Part shown: piece after piece, positions 10,269-19,781 of the stretch
Layout: each line of letters starts with the position of its first letter
Position numbering within the stretch: position 1 is the first letter of the stretch
Assembly: GCA_045531895.1 (NCBI GenBank)
Contig: JAZSEW010000026.1
Span: forward strand, 27,492-91,491
Source of the DNA: Lachnospiraceae bacterium
Lineage (GTDB): Bacteria > Bacillota > Clostridia > Lachnospirales > Lachnospiraceae
Length of the DNA: 64,000 nucleotides
Direction of reading: 5' to 3'
Translations under genes and position numbers: made by a program
The notes under the pieces: model-generated
Told to the model about the DNA's origin: nothing
The model's input: only the letters and a program-made list of their open reading frames with translations
Database searches by the model: none

Positions 10269-12629
10269 ATGAGTGAAGAAAAACAGCTGATGCCTGTGGT
10301 GGCACTAAAAGGTATTACCATGCTTCCGGGCATGTTGATTCACTTTGACATACAAAAAGAATCCAGCATCAGTGCAATCAATGTGGCGTTGCGGGAAGGA
10401 AAGTATATTCTTGTTATTACCCAGAAAAATACGGCGGTGGACGACCCGGAACAGGTAGATTTGTATCCGATGGGAACAGTTTCCGTAGTCAAGCAGATGA
10501 TTAAGATGCCGGGAAATCAGATTCGCGTATTGGCAACCGGTGTTCGCAGAGGGTATCTGGAAGAGCTTGTATCTACAGAACCGCATCTGGAGGGGATGGT
10601 ATCTCTGCCGGAGGAAGTAAATGCAGACTCTCTGACAATTATCGAGCAACGGGCAATGCTGCGTGGCTTAAAGGATATGCTGGATGTTTATGTGACAACG
10701 AATGAAAAGTTTGGTAAGGATATTGTAAAGCAGTTGATGAGTGTGGATACGGTAGATGCTTTGATAAATCAGGTGGCAATCAGTGTACCAATGACGATTA
10801 CTTCCAAACAGAAGATTCTGGATGCCGTTCATATCGTAGACCGGTATGAGGCAATTATGGTGATTCTTGCCAATGAAATAGAAATCATTCGTATCAAAAA
10901 GGACTTACAGGCAAAGGTAAAAGCAAAGGTTGACAAGAACCAGAAGGACTATGTGCTCAGAGAGCAGTTAAAGGTAATCCGTGACGAGTTAGGGGATGGT
11001 TCTACCGGAGATGACATTCCGGAGCTTTATACAAAGCTGGAGCAATTAGAAGCTGAAGAAGACGTAAAAAAGAAAATTAAAAAAGAAATTGACCGGTATA
11101 AATCCGTATTGGGAAGCCAGTCGGAAAGTGCGGTGGCAAGAGGCTATGTGGAAACACTGCTTGCACTGCCATGGGACCATGCCACCAAGGATAATCTGGA
11201 TATTGCCAGAGCGGAAAAAATATTAAACAGGGATCATTATGGCTTGGAAAAGGTAAAGGAACGTATTCTGGAATTTTTGGCAGTCCGTGCGTTGAATGAA
11301 AAGGGTCAGGCACCGATTATTTGTCTGGTAGGACCTCCAGGAACAGGAAAAACATCCATTGCAAGGTCTGTTGCCACGGCACTTAAGAAGGAATATGTCC
11401 GTATTTGTCTCGGAGGTGTCCGTGATGAAGCAGAAATCCGTGGGCATAGAAGAACCTATGTTGGTGCAATTCCTGGCCGATTAATCCAGGCCTTAAAATC
11501 TGCAAAAGTAAAGAATCCGCTGATGTTGCTTGATGAGATTGATAAGGTCAGTAGTGATTTTAAGGGAGATGTGGCATCTGCATTGCTGGAAGTATTAGAT
11601 CCGGAACAGAATAAGCATTTTGCCGATCATTATGTAGAAATTCCGGTGGATTTGTCGGAAGTACTGTTTATATGTACAGCGAATTCTACCCAGACTATTC
11701 CGAGACCGCTGTTAGACCGAATGGAAATTATTGAAGTGCACAGCTATACGGAAAACGAAAAGTATCATATTGCGAAAGATCACCTGGTGCCAAAGCAGTT
11801 AGAAAAACATGGTCTGACAAAGAAAGAATTGCAGATTAAGGCGGATGGTCTTCGGGAAGTGATTGCAAGCTATACAAGAGAAGCCGGTGTGCGTTCCCTG
11901 GAACGAAAAATCGGTGAGCTGTGCCGCAAGGCAGCCAAGGAAGTGTTAAAGGCTCGTCAGGCCGGAACTGAATTTGAATCAATTAAAATATCAAAGAAAA
12001 ATGTAACAGATTACCTCGGTAAAAAGAAATACCGTCAAAAGAAAGCTAATGAAGCGGCAGAGGTCGGTATTGTACGTGGGCTTGCATGGACGGAGGTTGG
12101 CGGTGACACATTGCAGATAGAAGTAAACAGCATGCCGGGTAAAGGAAATTTGCAACTCACCGGAAAGCTTGGGGATGTGATGAAGGAATCCGCCCAGATT
12201 GCCTTGAGCTTTGTACGTTCCAAGGTGGAAAATACAGATGTTCCGGCGGAATATTTTGAAAAGCATGATTTTCATTTGCATGTGCCGGAGAGAGCAGTAC
12301 CGAAAGACGGACCTTCTGCCGGAATTACGATGGCAACCGCTTTTTATTCCATGGTGTTGAATCTTCCGGTAAAAGCAGATGTGGCAATGACGGGAGAAAT
12401 TTCCCTGCGGGGAAAGGTACTTCCGATTGGTGGCTTGAAAGAAAAACTTCTGGCCGCAAAGCAGGCAGGAATAAAAATGGTGCTGATTCCGAAGGATAAC
12501 GAACCTGATCTGGAAGAAATTTCTGATGAAATTATCGGAGATATGACAGTGCTTCCTGTATCCGGCATGGATGAAGTGCTGGAGCATGCATTGGTACAAA
12601 AGCAGAGTTCGAAAAGGAGATTGATATGA
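10269..12629 (+). CDS. lon: Endopeptidase La (LonA protease)
   Basis: 786 aa with a LON N-domain, Walker A GPPGTGKTS, and a protease domain with PKDGPSAGITMATA (catalytic Ser) and a downstream Lys. Confidence 0.95.
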   Translation: MSEEKQLMPVVALKGITMLPGMLIHFDIQKESSISAINVALREGKYILVITQKNTAVDDPEQVDLYPMGTVSVVKQMIKMPGNQIRVLATGVRRGYLEELVSTEPHLEGMVSLPEEVNADSLTIIEQRAMLRGLKDMLDVYVTTNEKFGKDIVKQLMSVDTVDALINQVAISVPMTITSKQKILDAVHIVDRYEAIMVILANEIEIIRIKKDLQAKVKAKVDKNQKDYVLREQLKVIRDELGDGSTGDDIPELYTKLEQLEAEEDVKKKIKKEIDRYKSVLGSQSESAVARGYVETLLALPWDHATKDNLDIARAEKILNRDHYGLEKVKERILEFLAVRALNEKGQAPIICLVGPPGTGKTSIARSVATALKKEYVRICLGGVRDEAEIRGHRRTYVGAIPGRLIQALKSAKVKNPLMLLDEIDKVSSDFKGDVASALLEVLDPEQNKHFADHYVEIPVDLSEVLFICTANSTQTIPRPLLDRMEIIEVHSYTENEKYHIAKDHLVPKQLEKHGLTKKELQIKADGLREVIASYTREAGVRSLERKIGELCRKAAKEVLKARQAGTEFESIKISKKNVTDYLGKKKYRQKKANEAAEVGIVRGLAWTEVGGDTLQIEVNSMPGKGNLQLTGKLGDVMKESAQIALSFVRSKVENTDVPAEYFEKHDFHLHVPERAVPKDGPSAGITMATAFYSMVLNLPVKADVAMTGEISLRGKVLPIGGLKEKLLAAKQAGIKMVLIPKDNEPDLEEISDEIIGDMTVLPVSGMDEVLEHALVQKQSSKRRLI

Positions 12630-13237
12630 ATGTAAATAATGTATCGCTGGAAACGGTTTGTGGCATTACAAGTACTCTGCCGGAAAATGTACTTCCGGAG
12701 TTTGCTTTTGCAGGTAAGTCCAATGTGGGCAAATCTTCCCTGATTAATGCAATGATTAATCGTAAGGCTCTGGCAAGAACCTCCTCACAGCCGGGTAAAA
12801 CCCAGACCATCAATTTTTATAATGTGGAAAATCAGCTGTACTTTGTAGATCTGCCGGGTTACGGCTATGCAAAGGTATCGCAGGAAATCAAGGCAAAGTG
12901 GGGAAAAATGATTGAACGTTATCTGCAAAAATCCGGGCAGCTGAAGCTGGTATTCCTGCTTATTGATATTCGTCATGAGCCTTCTGCCAATGATAAAAAC
13001 ATGTATGAATGGATTGAGTATAACGGTTTTGAACCTGTAATTATTGCTACCAAGTTAGATAAGATTAACCGTAGTCAGGTGCAGAAGCATCTAAAAATGT
13101 TACGTACGGGACTGGGACTGAAGAAAGAAACTATTCTGATTCCGTTTTCCTCGGAAACAAAGCAGGGAAAGGAAGAAGTCTGGCAGATTATTGATTCCTA
13201 TCTGGCAGCCGGGCAGGACGGAGAAACAGAAGCATGA
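12626..13237 (+). CDS. engB: Ribosome-biogenesis GTPase YihA/YsxC (EngB)
   Basis: G1 GKSNVGKSSLIN, G3 DLPGYG and G4 TKLDK. There is a 4-nt ATGA overlap with the lon stop; the lon-engB linkage is conserved. Confidence 0.9.
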   Translation: MNVNNVSLETVCGITSTLPENVLPEFAFAGKSNVGKSSLINAMINRKALARTSSQPGKTQTINFYNVENQLYFVDLPGYGYAKVSQEIKAKWGKMIERYLQKSGQLKLVFLLIDIRHEPSANDKNMYEWIEYNGFEPVIIATKLDKINRSQVQKHLKMLRTGLGLKKETILIPFSSETKQGKEEVWQIIDSYLAAGQDGETEA

Positions 13238-13893
13238 AAAAATATCTGACCAAAGAAATGTTAAAAAGAAATCTTGTCATGCTGTTTGCTGTCTGTATGA
13301 TGGGGGTATGTGTACAGTTTTTAAACCTGACCAATCTCGGACCGGATCCTTGCTCTGCTTTGAATTACGGTATGGCCGCAAGGCTTCATATGACTTTCGG
13401 AAATTATCAGTTGCTATTTAATGTGATTTTATTTTTGATTGTGGTATTTCAGGATCGGACTTTATTTGGTACAGGTTCCTTGGGTAATATGATTTTAGTG
13501 GGTTATTCTGCTGATTTTACCGGCTGGCTGTTAGAGAAGGCAGGATTGATGGCAAAATTTCAGAATATGACAACCGGGCTTGCCATTGGTATTATGGTTC
13601 CGACATTGCTAGTATTTCTTGTGGTAGCGGCATTGTATATGAACTGCGGGCTTGGAACCGCTCCATATGATGCAGTTCCGTTTCTTGTACACCGGAAACT
13701 GGAAAAAGCCACAGAGAAAACCATTCCGTTCCGGTTTATCCGGATTGCTTTTGACGGAATTGTAACCCTTGCAGCCTTTTTTATAGGTGGTAGTATTGGA
13801 ATTGTAACCGTACTTATGATTTTTCTTTTGGGACCGGCGGTGGACATGGTATCCGGCCTGGTGAAAAAGAGTGGAATTTTTGCGGAAAAATAA
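13234..13893 (+). CDS. Uncharacterised multi-pass membrane protein (YczE/YitT-like)
   Basis: 219 aa with about 6 predicted TM segments. There is an ATGA overlap with engB. Family assignment comes from general resemblance only. Confidence 0.55.
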   Translation: MKKYLTKEMLKRNLVMLFAVCMMGVCVQFLNLTNLGPDPCSALNYGMAARLHMTFGNYQLLFNVILFLIVVFQDRTLFGTGSLGNMILVGYSADFTGWLLEKAGLMAKFQNMTTGLAIGIMVPTLLVFLVVAALYMNCGLGTAPYDAVPFLVHRKLEKATEKTIPFRFIRIAFDGIVTLAAFFIGGSIGIVTVLMIFLLGPAVDMVSGLVKKSGIFAEK

Positions 13894-14436
13894 TTACTGT
13901 TTGCCGGAGGCAGGAGCACCGGCAGCGAGAGTGGAAATCAGATAGCCGTATACATCGGCACTGCATTCCTTCCAACGGCTGCAGATAGCATCGGCTTCTG
14001 CGGCAGAAGTTACCAGCAAGTTAATATGAACGAGTTCGCTGTCACGCTCTACTACACGGAGCTCCACAACGAACTCGTTTTTCTTTGCCTCATAGTAGTC
14101 TGCTGAGGTGGCAACCATTTCACGGAGCTGGTATTCTTTTTCGGAAAGATAAGCATCAATATCATCCCGGATAGCAACGGAAATTCTGGTGTAAAAAAAA
14201 GACAGGGTTTCCTTGCCGGCAGGGGTGATGCGATATAAATAAGAATTATGGGAGTGTTCTACCTCCACATACTGATCTTCGATTAAATCTTCCAGGGTTT
14301 GCTGAATCGTGATGTAGTTGCAGTATTCCTTTTCCAGAATGAAACGGGTCAGTTCGGTGTTGGTAATCGGAAAATTCATCCGGTCAAGGATATAAAGGAT
14401 AATCAGTTTATAAAGCATCAATGATTCAGATTGCAT
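13894..14436 (-). CDS. DUF4364-like (PadR-type winged-helix-like) protein
   Basis: 180 aa. The N-terminus LYKLIILYILDRMNFPITNTELTRFILEKEY resembles the DUF4364 family. It overlaps the upstream radical SAM gene by 11 nt, which suggests an operon. Confidence 0.55.
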   Translation of the reverse strand: MQSESLMLYKLIILYILDRMNFPITNTELTRFILEKEYCNYITIQQTLEDLIEDQYVEVEHSHNSYLYRITPAGKETLSFFYTRISVAIRDDIDAYLSEKEYQLREMVATSADYYEAKKNEFVVELRVVERDSELVHINLLVTSAAEADAICSRWKECSADVYGYLISTLAAGAPASGKQ

Positions 14437-15370
14437 AGTGGTATTTTCCTCCCTGGATAATGTTTCGTGATTTTAGTTCCATACGCAGGTCATTTTGAAT
14501 TCGTTTTTTATCGGTACTCCACAACGGTGCAATAAGCAGGCTTCGCGGACCGTCGCCGGTAAGACGGTAGATGACGATGTGGGGTGGAATCCGTTCTAAT
14601 AGTGAGAGTACAGTGTTGATATATTCGGTGCGTTCCATGCAGGCAAATGCATGATTCTTACATAGCCTTTCGTAGTCTTTTGCAAGGCCTGTCCCTTTTA
14701 ATATATGCAGAAGCTGTAATTTTATGCCGTGAACCGGAAGAGAGCATACATAATTGATAGTGTGCTGCATATCATTTAGCGTCTCATAAGGAAGTCCGAG
14801 AATACAATGAACTATCACGGGGATACCGCGAGAGTTCAATGAATGGACAGCTTCCTCGAAGACCGAATTGTCATAACATCGGTTAATATAGGCAATGGAT
14901 TCTTTTTTTGATGTCTGCAGACCAAGTTCAACGTAAACCGGCTTTTTTTTGGAAAGACGGGTAAGCAGTTCAAGGACGGGAAGCGGAAGACAATCCGGTC
15001 GTGTGCCGATGAACAAGCCTTCAATGTCAGGGTGAGTTAAAGCTTCCGTAAAAAGATGTTCCAGATAATCTATCGGGGCATAGGTGACGGTGAAAGATTG
15101 GAAATAAGCAACATAGCCATAGGGTGCTCCGTTTTTGGGAAGCTTGTTTTTTACCTGTAGCTTTGCTGCTTCGATTTGTGCATAAACAGATGTGGTCCGT
15201 TCGGCTGCAAAATCTCCGGAGCCTCTTTCTGAGCAGAAAATACAACCGCCATAACCGGCAGTGCCGTCACGGTTGGGACAGGTGGTGCCACCGGCCAGCG
15301 ACAGACGAAAAATTTTTTTGCCAAAGGTTTCTCTAAAATATTCATCTGCACTGTAAAAATAGGGCTTCAT
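14426..15370 (-). CDS. TIGR01212-family radical SAM protein
   Basis: The start is set at MKPYFYSADEYFRETFGKK. It has Cys-rich segments CPNRDG...GGCIFC. The longer ORF (to 15751) would run through the rho start/promoter region and has a low-complexity N-terminus. Confidence 0.8.
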   Translation of the reverse strand: MKPYFYSADEYFRETFGKKIFRLSLAGGTTCPNRDGTAGYGGCIFCSERGSGDFAAERTTSVYAQIEAAKLQVKNKLPKNGAPYGYVAYFQSFTVTYAPIDYLEHLFTEALTHPDIEGLFIGTRPDCLPLPVLELLTRLSKKKPVYVELGLQTSKKESIAYINRCYDNSVFEEAVHSLNSRGIPVIVHCILGLPYETLNDMQHTINYVCSLPVHGIKLQLLHILKGTGLAKDYERLCKNHAFACMERTEYINTVLSLLERIPPHIVIYRLTGDGPRSLLIAPLWSTDKKRIQNDLRMELKSRNIIQGGKYHYAI

Positions 15371-15572
15371 TTCTAAAATACCTTTCTGAAAAATGGGGTT
15401 GTACAGAAAATAATTGTACCACGGACAAAGTTTTTCGTCAATCAAACGAAATACATCTTTTCTTTTTTTTGAAGATAGTGTATAATGATACCAAATCATA
15501 AGAGTTCTTATGTTGTACGTTATATGTTTCCCTGCATCCCCCAAATTATGAAATGAGTAAAAGGAGAATATT

Positions 15573-17237
15573 ATGGCAGATTTTTCAGTAATGTCTCTTG
15601 CTGACCTAAAGGAAGAGGCTAAAAAATTAGGAATAAAAGGAATATCCACAATGAGGAAACAGGAGTTAGTGGAATTGTTGTCTGCACAGGAAAAAACAGC
15701 AGAACAGCTGAAGGAACCGAAAGAGGAGCCGGTGGCAGCAGAAGAACCCAAAACAGAAGTGCTTAAGGAAGAACCGGTAAGAGAAGAGCAGGCAGAACAG
15801 GATGAAATACGTATGTCGGAGGAACGCCGTCCGCAGCAATATGTACCGGATGGTCGCCGTCCGCAGCAATATCAGGACAGAGGACAAGCAACATATGGCA
15901 TGCAGCGTCGCCCGGCTTCACCTTCCTATGTGCAACAGCCAAAACAGGGTTACAATGTACAACCAAAACCGGGTTACAATACCCAACCGGCTTATGATGC
16001 CCAGAATCAGAACCGTTCACAGCAGCCACAGCAGGGAGAGGCTCTAAAGGGACCAACGGCTATGGATATTGCAGCAATGTCTCCGAAGGAATTAGAGGCA
16101 TTGGACAGCGGTGAAACAAAAACAGGAATTCTTGAAATTATGCCCGAAGGCTTTGGATTCATCCGATGTGACAATTATCTTCCGGGCGAAAATGACGTGT
16201 ATGTAGGTACCCCATTATTACGTAAGTACGGTCTTCGTACCGGTGATATTGTTTCCGGTAACACAAAAATTCGTACAGCAACAGAAAAATTCAGTCCGTT
16301 ATTATATGTAAAAACTATCAATGGATTTCCTGTTGTGGAAACTCCGATGAGGCGTCCTAAGTTTGAACATCTGACTCCGATTTTTCCAAATCAGCGCATT
16401 CATCTTGAAACACCGGGGTGCCCGCTTGCGATGCGTATGGTAGATTTGATTTCTCCAATCGGTAAGGGCCAGAGAGGCATGATAGTTTCCCAACCAAAAA
16501 CCGGTAAAACAACATTACTTAAGCAGGTGGCAAAGGCCATCACGCGTAATCACAGAGACATGCACTTAATTATTCTATTAATTGATGAGAGACCGGAAGA
16601 AGTTACCGACATTAAGGAGTCTATTGAGGGTGATAAGGTAGAGGTTATTTACTCCACTTTTGATGAACTTCCGGAAAACCATAAGAGAGTATCCGAAATG
16701 GTAATTGAGCGTGCAAAGCGTCTGGTAGAGCACAAGAAGGACGTTGTCATTCTGCTTGATAGTATTACCCGTCTGGCAAGAGCTTATAATCTGACTGTAC
16801 AGGCCAGCGGTCGTACCCTTTCCGGTGGTCTTGATCCGGCAGCACTGCATATGCCAAAAAAATTTTTTGGTGCAGCCCGTAACATGAGAGAGGGAGGCAG
16901 TCTCACGATTCTTGCTACTGCACTGGTAGATACCGGTAGTCGTATGGACGATGTTGTTTTCGAGGAATTTAAGGGAACCGGTAATATGGAACTGGTATTA
17001 AACAGAAACCTGTCTGAACGAAGAGTTTTCCCTGCCATCGATTTGCCGAAGTCCGGTACACGAAGAGAAGACCTTTTGTTAAGTCAGAGCGAGCTGGAGG
17101 CATCTACTATTATGCGTCGTGCATTAAATGGTGTGAAGTCGGAAGAGGCAACGGAGAATATTATTAAGCTTTTTACACAGACAAGAAACAATGCAGATTT
17201 TATAGATATGGTAAAAAAGACAAAAATTATAAATTAA
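15573..17237 (+). CDS. rho: Transcription termination factor Rho with a long N-terminal insertion domain
   Basis: Rho_N ([29 protein letters not shown]), a cold-shock-like RNA-binding segment ([27 protein letters not shown]), Walker [11 protein letters not shown] and a C-terminal ATPase. About 140 extra residues sit between the first two. Confidence 0.95.
   Translation: MADFSVMSLADLKEEAKKLGIKGISTMRKQELVELLSAQEKTAEQLKEPKEEPVAAEEPKTEVLKEEPVREEQAEQDEIRMSEERRPQQYVPDGRRPQQYQDRGQATYGMQRRPASPSYVQQPKQGYNVQPKPGYNTQPAYDAQNQNRSQQPQQGEALKGPTAMDIAAMSPKELEALDSGETKTGILEIMPEGFGFIRCDNYLPGENDVYVGTPLLRKYGLRTGDIVSGNTKIRTATEKFSPLLYVKTINGFPVVETPMRRPKFEHLTPIFPNQRIHLETPGCPLAMRMVDLISPIGKGQRGMIVSQPKTGKTTLLKQVAKAITRNHRDMHLIILLIDERPEEVTDIKESIEGDKVEVIYSTFDELPENHKRVSEMVIERAKRLVEHKKDVVILLDSITRLARAYNLTVQASGRTLSGGLDPAALHMPKKFFGAARNMREGGSLTILATALVDTGSRMDDVVFEEFKGTGNMELVLNRNLSERRVFPAIDLPKSGTRREDLLLSQSELEASTIMRRALNGVKSEEATENIIKLFTQTRNNADFIDMVKKTKIIN
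15825..15872 (+). repeat. Exact 18-nt direct repeat (30-nt period) inside the rho insertion
   Basis: cgccgtccgcagcaatat occurs at 15825-15842 and 15855-15872, encoding RRPQQY twice. Confidence 0.95.
15939..15980 (+). repeat. Near-exact 18-nt direct repeat (24-nt period) inside the rho insertion
   Basis: ccaaaacagggttacaat (15939-15956) and ccaaaaccgggttacaat (15963-15980), encoding PKQGYN / PKPGYN. Confidence 0.9.
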
Positions 17238-17240
17238 GTA

Positions 17241-17269
17241 TTGCAATTAGAAAAAAATTATGCTACAAT
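17241..17269 (+). promoter_or_regulatory. Sigma-A-type promoter for rpmE
   Basis: TTGCAA, 17 nt, TACAAT, with an extended -10 TGc immediately upstream. Confidence 0.6.
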
Positions 17270-17328
17270 GTAAAAGCTGTTTATTATGCGGTTAATAATC
17301 GTAATGTTTGAAATAAGAGGTGAAAAGA

Positions 17329-17532
17329 ATGAAAGAAGCAATTCAGCCAAAGTACTATCAGGCAAAGGTAACATGTAACTGCGGTAATGAGTTCGTAACC
17401 GGTTCTACCAAGAGCGAAATTCACGTAGAAATTTGTTCCAAGTGTCATCCTTTTTATACCGGTCAGCAGAAAGCTGCTGCTGCTCGTGGTGCTATTGAAA
17501 AGTTCAACCGTAAGTATGGTTTAACACAGTAG
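17329..17532 (+). CDS. rpmE: 50S ribosomal protein L31 (Zn-ribbon type)
   Basis: [10 protein letters not shown]...CNCGNEF...[13 protein letters not shown]. An RBS (aagagg) lies 8 nt upstream of the ATG at 17329. Confidence 0.9.
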   Translation: MKEAIQPKYYQAKVTCNCGNEFVTGSTKSEIHVEICSKCHPFYTGQQKAAAARGAIEKFNRKYGLTQ

Positions 17533-17558
17533 TAGACAAAAATATAAGGTTAAAAATC

Positions 17559-17595
17559 AGGTTGGGCTATAATTATGGGCTCAACCTATTTTTAT
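17559..17595 (+). terminator. Rho-independent terminator after rpmE
   Basis: aggttgggc / gctcaacct (one G-U) followed by atttttat. Confidence 0.7.
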
Positions 17596-17624
17596 AAAAA
17601 GAGCAAAATAAAAGGAGGATTAGT

Positions 17625-18929
17625 ATGAAACCATCCGGGATTGGTGGACAGGCGGTTATCGAGGGTGTTATGATGAAGAACGGTAACAAGTATGCTGTCG
17701 CTGTCAGAAAACCAAATAAAGAAATTGTAGTAGAGACAAAAACCCTATCCACAAAGAAAAATCCGGTGGCAAACCTGCCGATTATTCGTGGAGTGGTGGC
17801 TTTCGTTGAGTCATTGTCTCTTGGAATGAAAACATTGTCCTTTTCAGCATCCTTTTACGAAGAAGAGGAAGAAGAGTCCAAGTTTGAGAAAAAACTGAAC
17901 AAGATAACAAAGGGTCATGCAGATGGAATTTTGAATGGATTTACCATGGTGTTGGCAATACTGCTGGCTGTAGGTATTTTTATTGTGGCACCGATGCTGT
18001 TGGCTGGTTTTCTTGCAGCAAAAATTGAAAGCCAGACTGTGCTTGCCCTGTTAGAAGGGGTATTCCGTCTGTTGATATTTATATTATACATTGGCTTAAT
18101 TTCCAGAATTAAAGATATCCAGCGTCTGTTCATGTATCATGGAGCAGAACATAAGTCCATTAACTGTATAGAAAACGGTCTGCCGCTCAATGTGGCAAAT
18201 GTAAAAAAGCAGAGTAGAGAACATAAGCGTTGTGGTACCAGCTTTATGCTGACCGTTATGGTAATCAGTATTATATTTTTTATTTTTATCCGTGTGGATA
18301 ATACACTGGTGCGTTTTGTTGTCCGCTTACTGCTGATTCCGGTGATTGCGGGAGTTTCTTATGAATTTATTCGTCTGGCAGGCAGAAGCAATAACGTAAT
18401 TATCAACATCTTAAGCAGACCGGGGATGTGGCTGCAGGCACTGACAACCAGAGAGCCGGATGATTCCATGATTGAGGTTGCCATTGCATCGGTGGAAGCA
18501 GTCTTTGACTGGGAGAAATTTATTGAGAAAGAAAATCGGAAGAAGAATAGAAAGAATAGTAAGAAGCATCAGAACCAGACTGCCAGGGAAGAAAAGAAGC
18601 CGGTAGCAGATGCTGCGGCTGCTGCGGAATTGTCTGCAACAGCAGAAAAAGCAAAAACAGAACCGATACAGTCTGCAAAAGAGAAACCATTAGAAGTGGA
18701 TATTACCCAGATGTTTGATATTAAGCTGTCCGGCGAGCCAAAGGAAATCAGACATGGCAGAGCACCAAAGAAGGATCCTATGCCTTCTGCGACTAAGGTA
18801 GTGGCAGTTTCCAAGGATGACGAAGATGACGATATTTTAAATGCTCTGGATATGTATTTTGAATATAATGGAACAAAATCCGTTATGGAAATCTCTGATG
18901 AAGAAGTAGATGAGGATACCAAGAAATGA
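17625..18929 (+). CDS. DUF1385 (YqhQ-like) membrane protein with a long charged C-terminal extension
   Basis: The N-terminus GIGGQAVIEGVMMKNG and HGAEHKSINC are typical of DUF1385. It lies upstream of prmC-prfA, as in many Firmicutes. The last ~130 aa are K/E/D-rich. Confidence 0.8.
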   Translation: MKPSGIGGQAVIEGVMMKNGNKYAVAVRKPNKEIVVETKTLSTKKNPVANLPIIRGVVAFVESLSLGMKTLSFSASFYEEEEEESKFEKKLNKITKGHADGILNGFTMVLAILLAVGIFIVAPMLLAGFLAAKIESQTVLALLEGVFRLLIFILYIGLISRIKDIQRLFMYHGAEHKSINCIENGLPLNVANVKKQSREHKRCGTSFMLTVMVISIIFFIFIRVDNTLVRFVVRLLLIPVIAGVSYEFIRLAGRSNNVIINILSRPGMWLQALTTREPDDSMIEVAIASVEAVFDWEKFIEKENRKKNRKNSKKHQNQTAREEKKPVADAAAAAELSATAEKAKTEPIQSAKEKPLEVDITQMFDIKLSGEPKEIRHGRAPKKDPMPSATKVVAVSKDDEDDDILNALDMYFEYNGTKSVMEISDEEVDEDTKK

Positions 18930-19762
18930 ATACCTTAAAAAAGGCTTTACAGCAGGCTGAGGAGCTTTTGCAGGTCGCGGGGGTTCCTGAGGCAGAGGTG
19001 AATGCATGGTATCTGTTTGAGCATGTAACCGGCATGAATCGATCGGCATATTATTTAAGTCAGGAAGAATCGATGCCGGAGGAGCAGCAGAGAGAATTTA
19101 CAAAGCTTCTTAAAATGCGTTGTGAAAGAATTCCGCTACAGTATATCACAGGAATGCAGGAGTTTATGGGGTATTCTTTTCTTGTCAGCCCTGCAACTCT
19201 GATTCCAAGACAGGATACAGAAATACTGGTAGAGGAAGTCAGCAAGGTGGCAGAGGGAAAAAGCGTGCTTGATTTATGCACCGGAACCGGCTGTATTTTG
19301 CTGAGTCTTGCAAAGCTGTGTCGACTTACCAAGGCGGTGGGGACCGATATTTCTGCAGAAGCAGTGGAAACGGCAAAAAGAAATGCGGAACGCTTGCAGG
19401 TACAGGCAGAGTTTTACCGTGGGGACTTATTTCAGGCAGTACGACCGAATGAGCAATTTGACATTATTGTTTCCAATCCGCCGTACATTCCATCGGCAGT
19501 GATTGAAACGCTGATGCCGGAAGTAAAAGAACATGAGCCCATGAGCGCGTTGGACGGAGATACGGATGGCTTAAAGTTTTATAGAGAGATTATTAAAAAT
19601 GCAAATAAGTATCTGGCAAATCAGGGGCAGATATTTTTTGAAATCGGCTGTGAGCAGAGTGCGGATGTTTCTGCATTATTGGAAGAGCAGGGATTTCGGA
19701 ACATTCGTGTAATCAAGGATTTGGCAGGACTGGACCGTGTGGTATGTGCCACACAGGTATAA
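18926..19762 (+). CDS. prmC: Peptide chain release factor N5-glutamine methyltransferase
   Basis: SAM motif DLCTGTGCI and catalytic NPPY. There is an ATGA overlap with the preceding gene, and the gene is adjacent to prfA. Confidence 0.9.
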   Translation: MNTLKKALQQAEELLQVAGVPEAEVNAWYLFEHVTGMNRSAYYLSQEESMPEEQQREFTKLLKMRCERIPLQYITGMQEFMGYSFLVSPATLIPRQDTEILVEEVSKVAEGKSVLDLCTGTGCILLSLAKLCRLTKAVGTDISAEAVETAKRNAERLQVQAEFYRGDLFQAVRPNEQFDIIVSNPPYIPSAVIETLMPEVKEHEPMSALDGDTDGLKFYREIIKNANKYLANQGQIFFEIGCEQSADVSALLEEQGFRNIRVIKDLAGLDRVVCATQV

Positions 19763-19781
19763 ATAGAGAGGTAAAGAAGAA

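Noticed and set aside
11991-12599. 202-aa antisense ORF inside lon. Similar cases: 55789-56421, 62139-62723, 57925-58443, 36581-37111, 41766-42269 and 19676-20152.
   Set aside because: All lie fully inside strongly supported genes on the opposite strand. They lack RBSs and have low-complexity or Cys/His/Arg-rich translations typical of antisense frames.
13890-13897. Convergent genes with adjacent stop codons (13893/13894) and no terminator
   Set aside because: The observation is real but unremarkable in compact genomes. I cannot support any regulatory inference from it.
15371-15751. N-terminal extension of the radical SAM ORF (441 aa version) running across the rho start
   Set aside because: The extension is low-complexity and overlaps the rho RBS and start. 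The family N-terminus with the Cys cluster begins at the Met at 15370.
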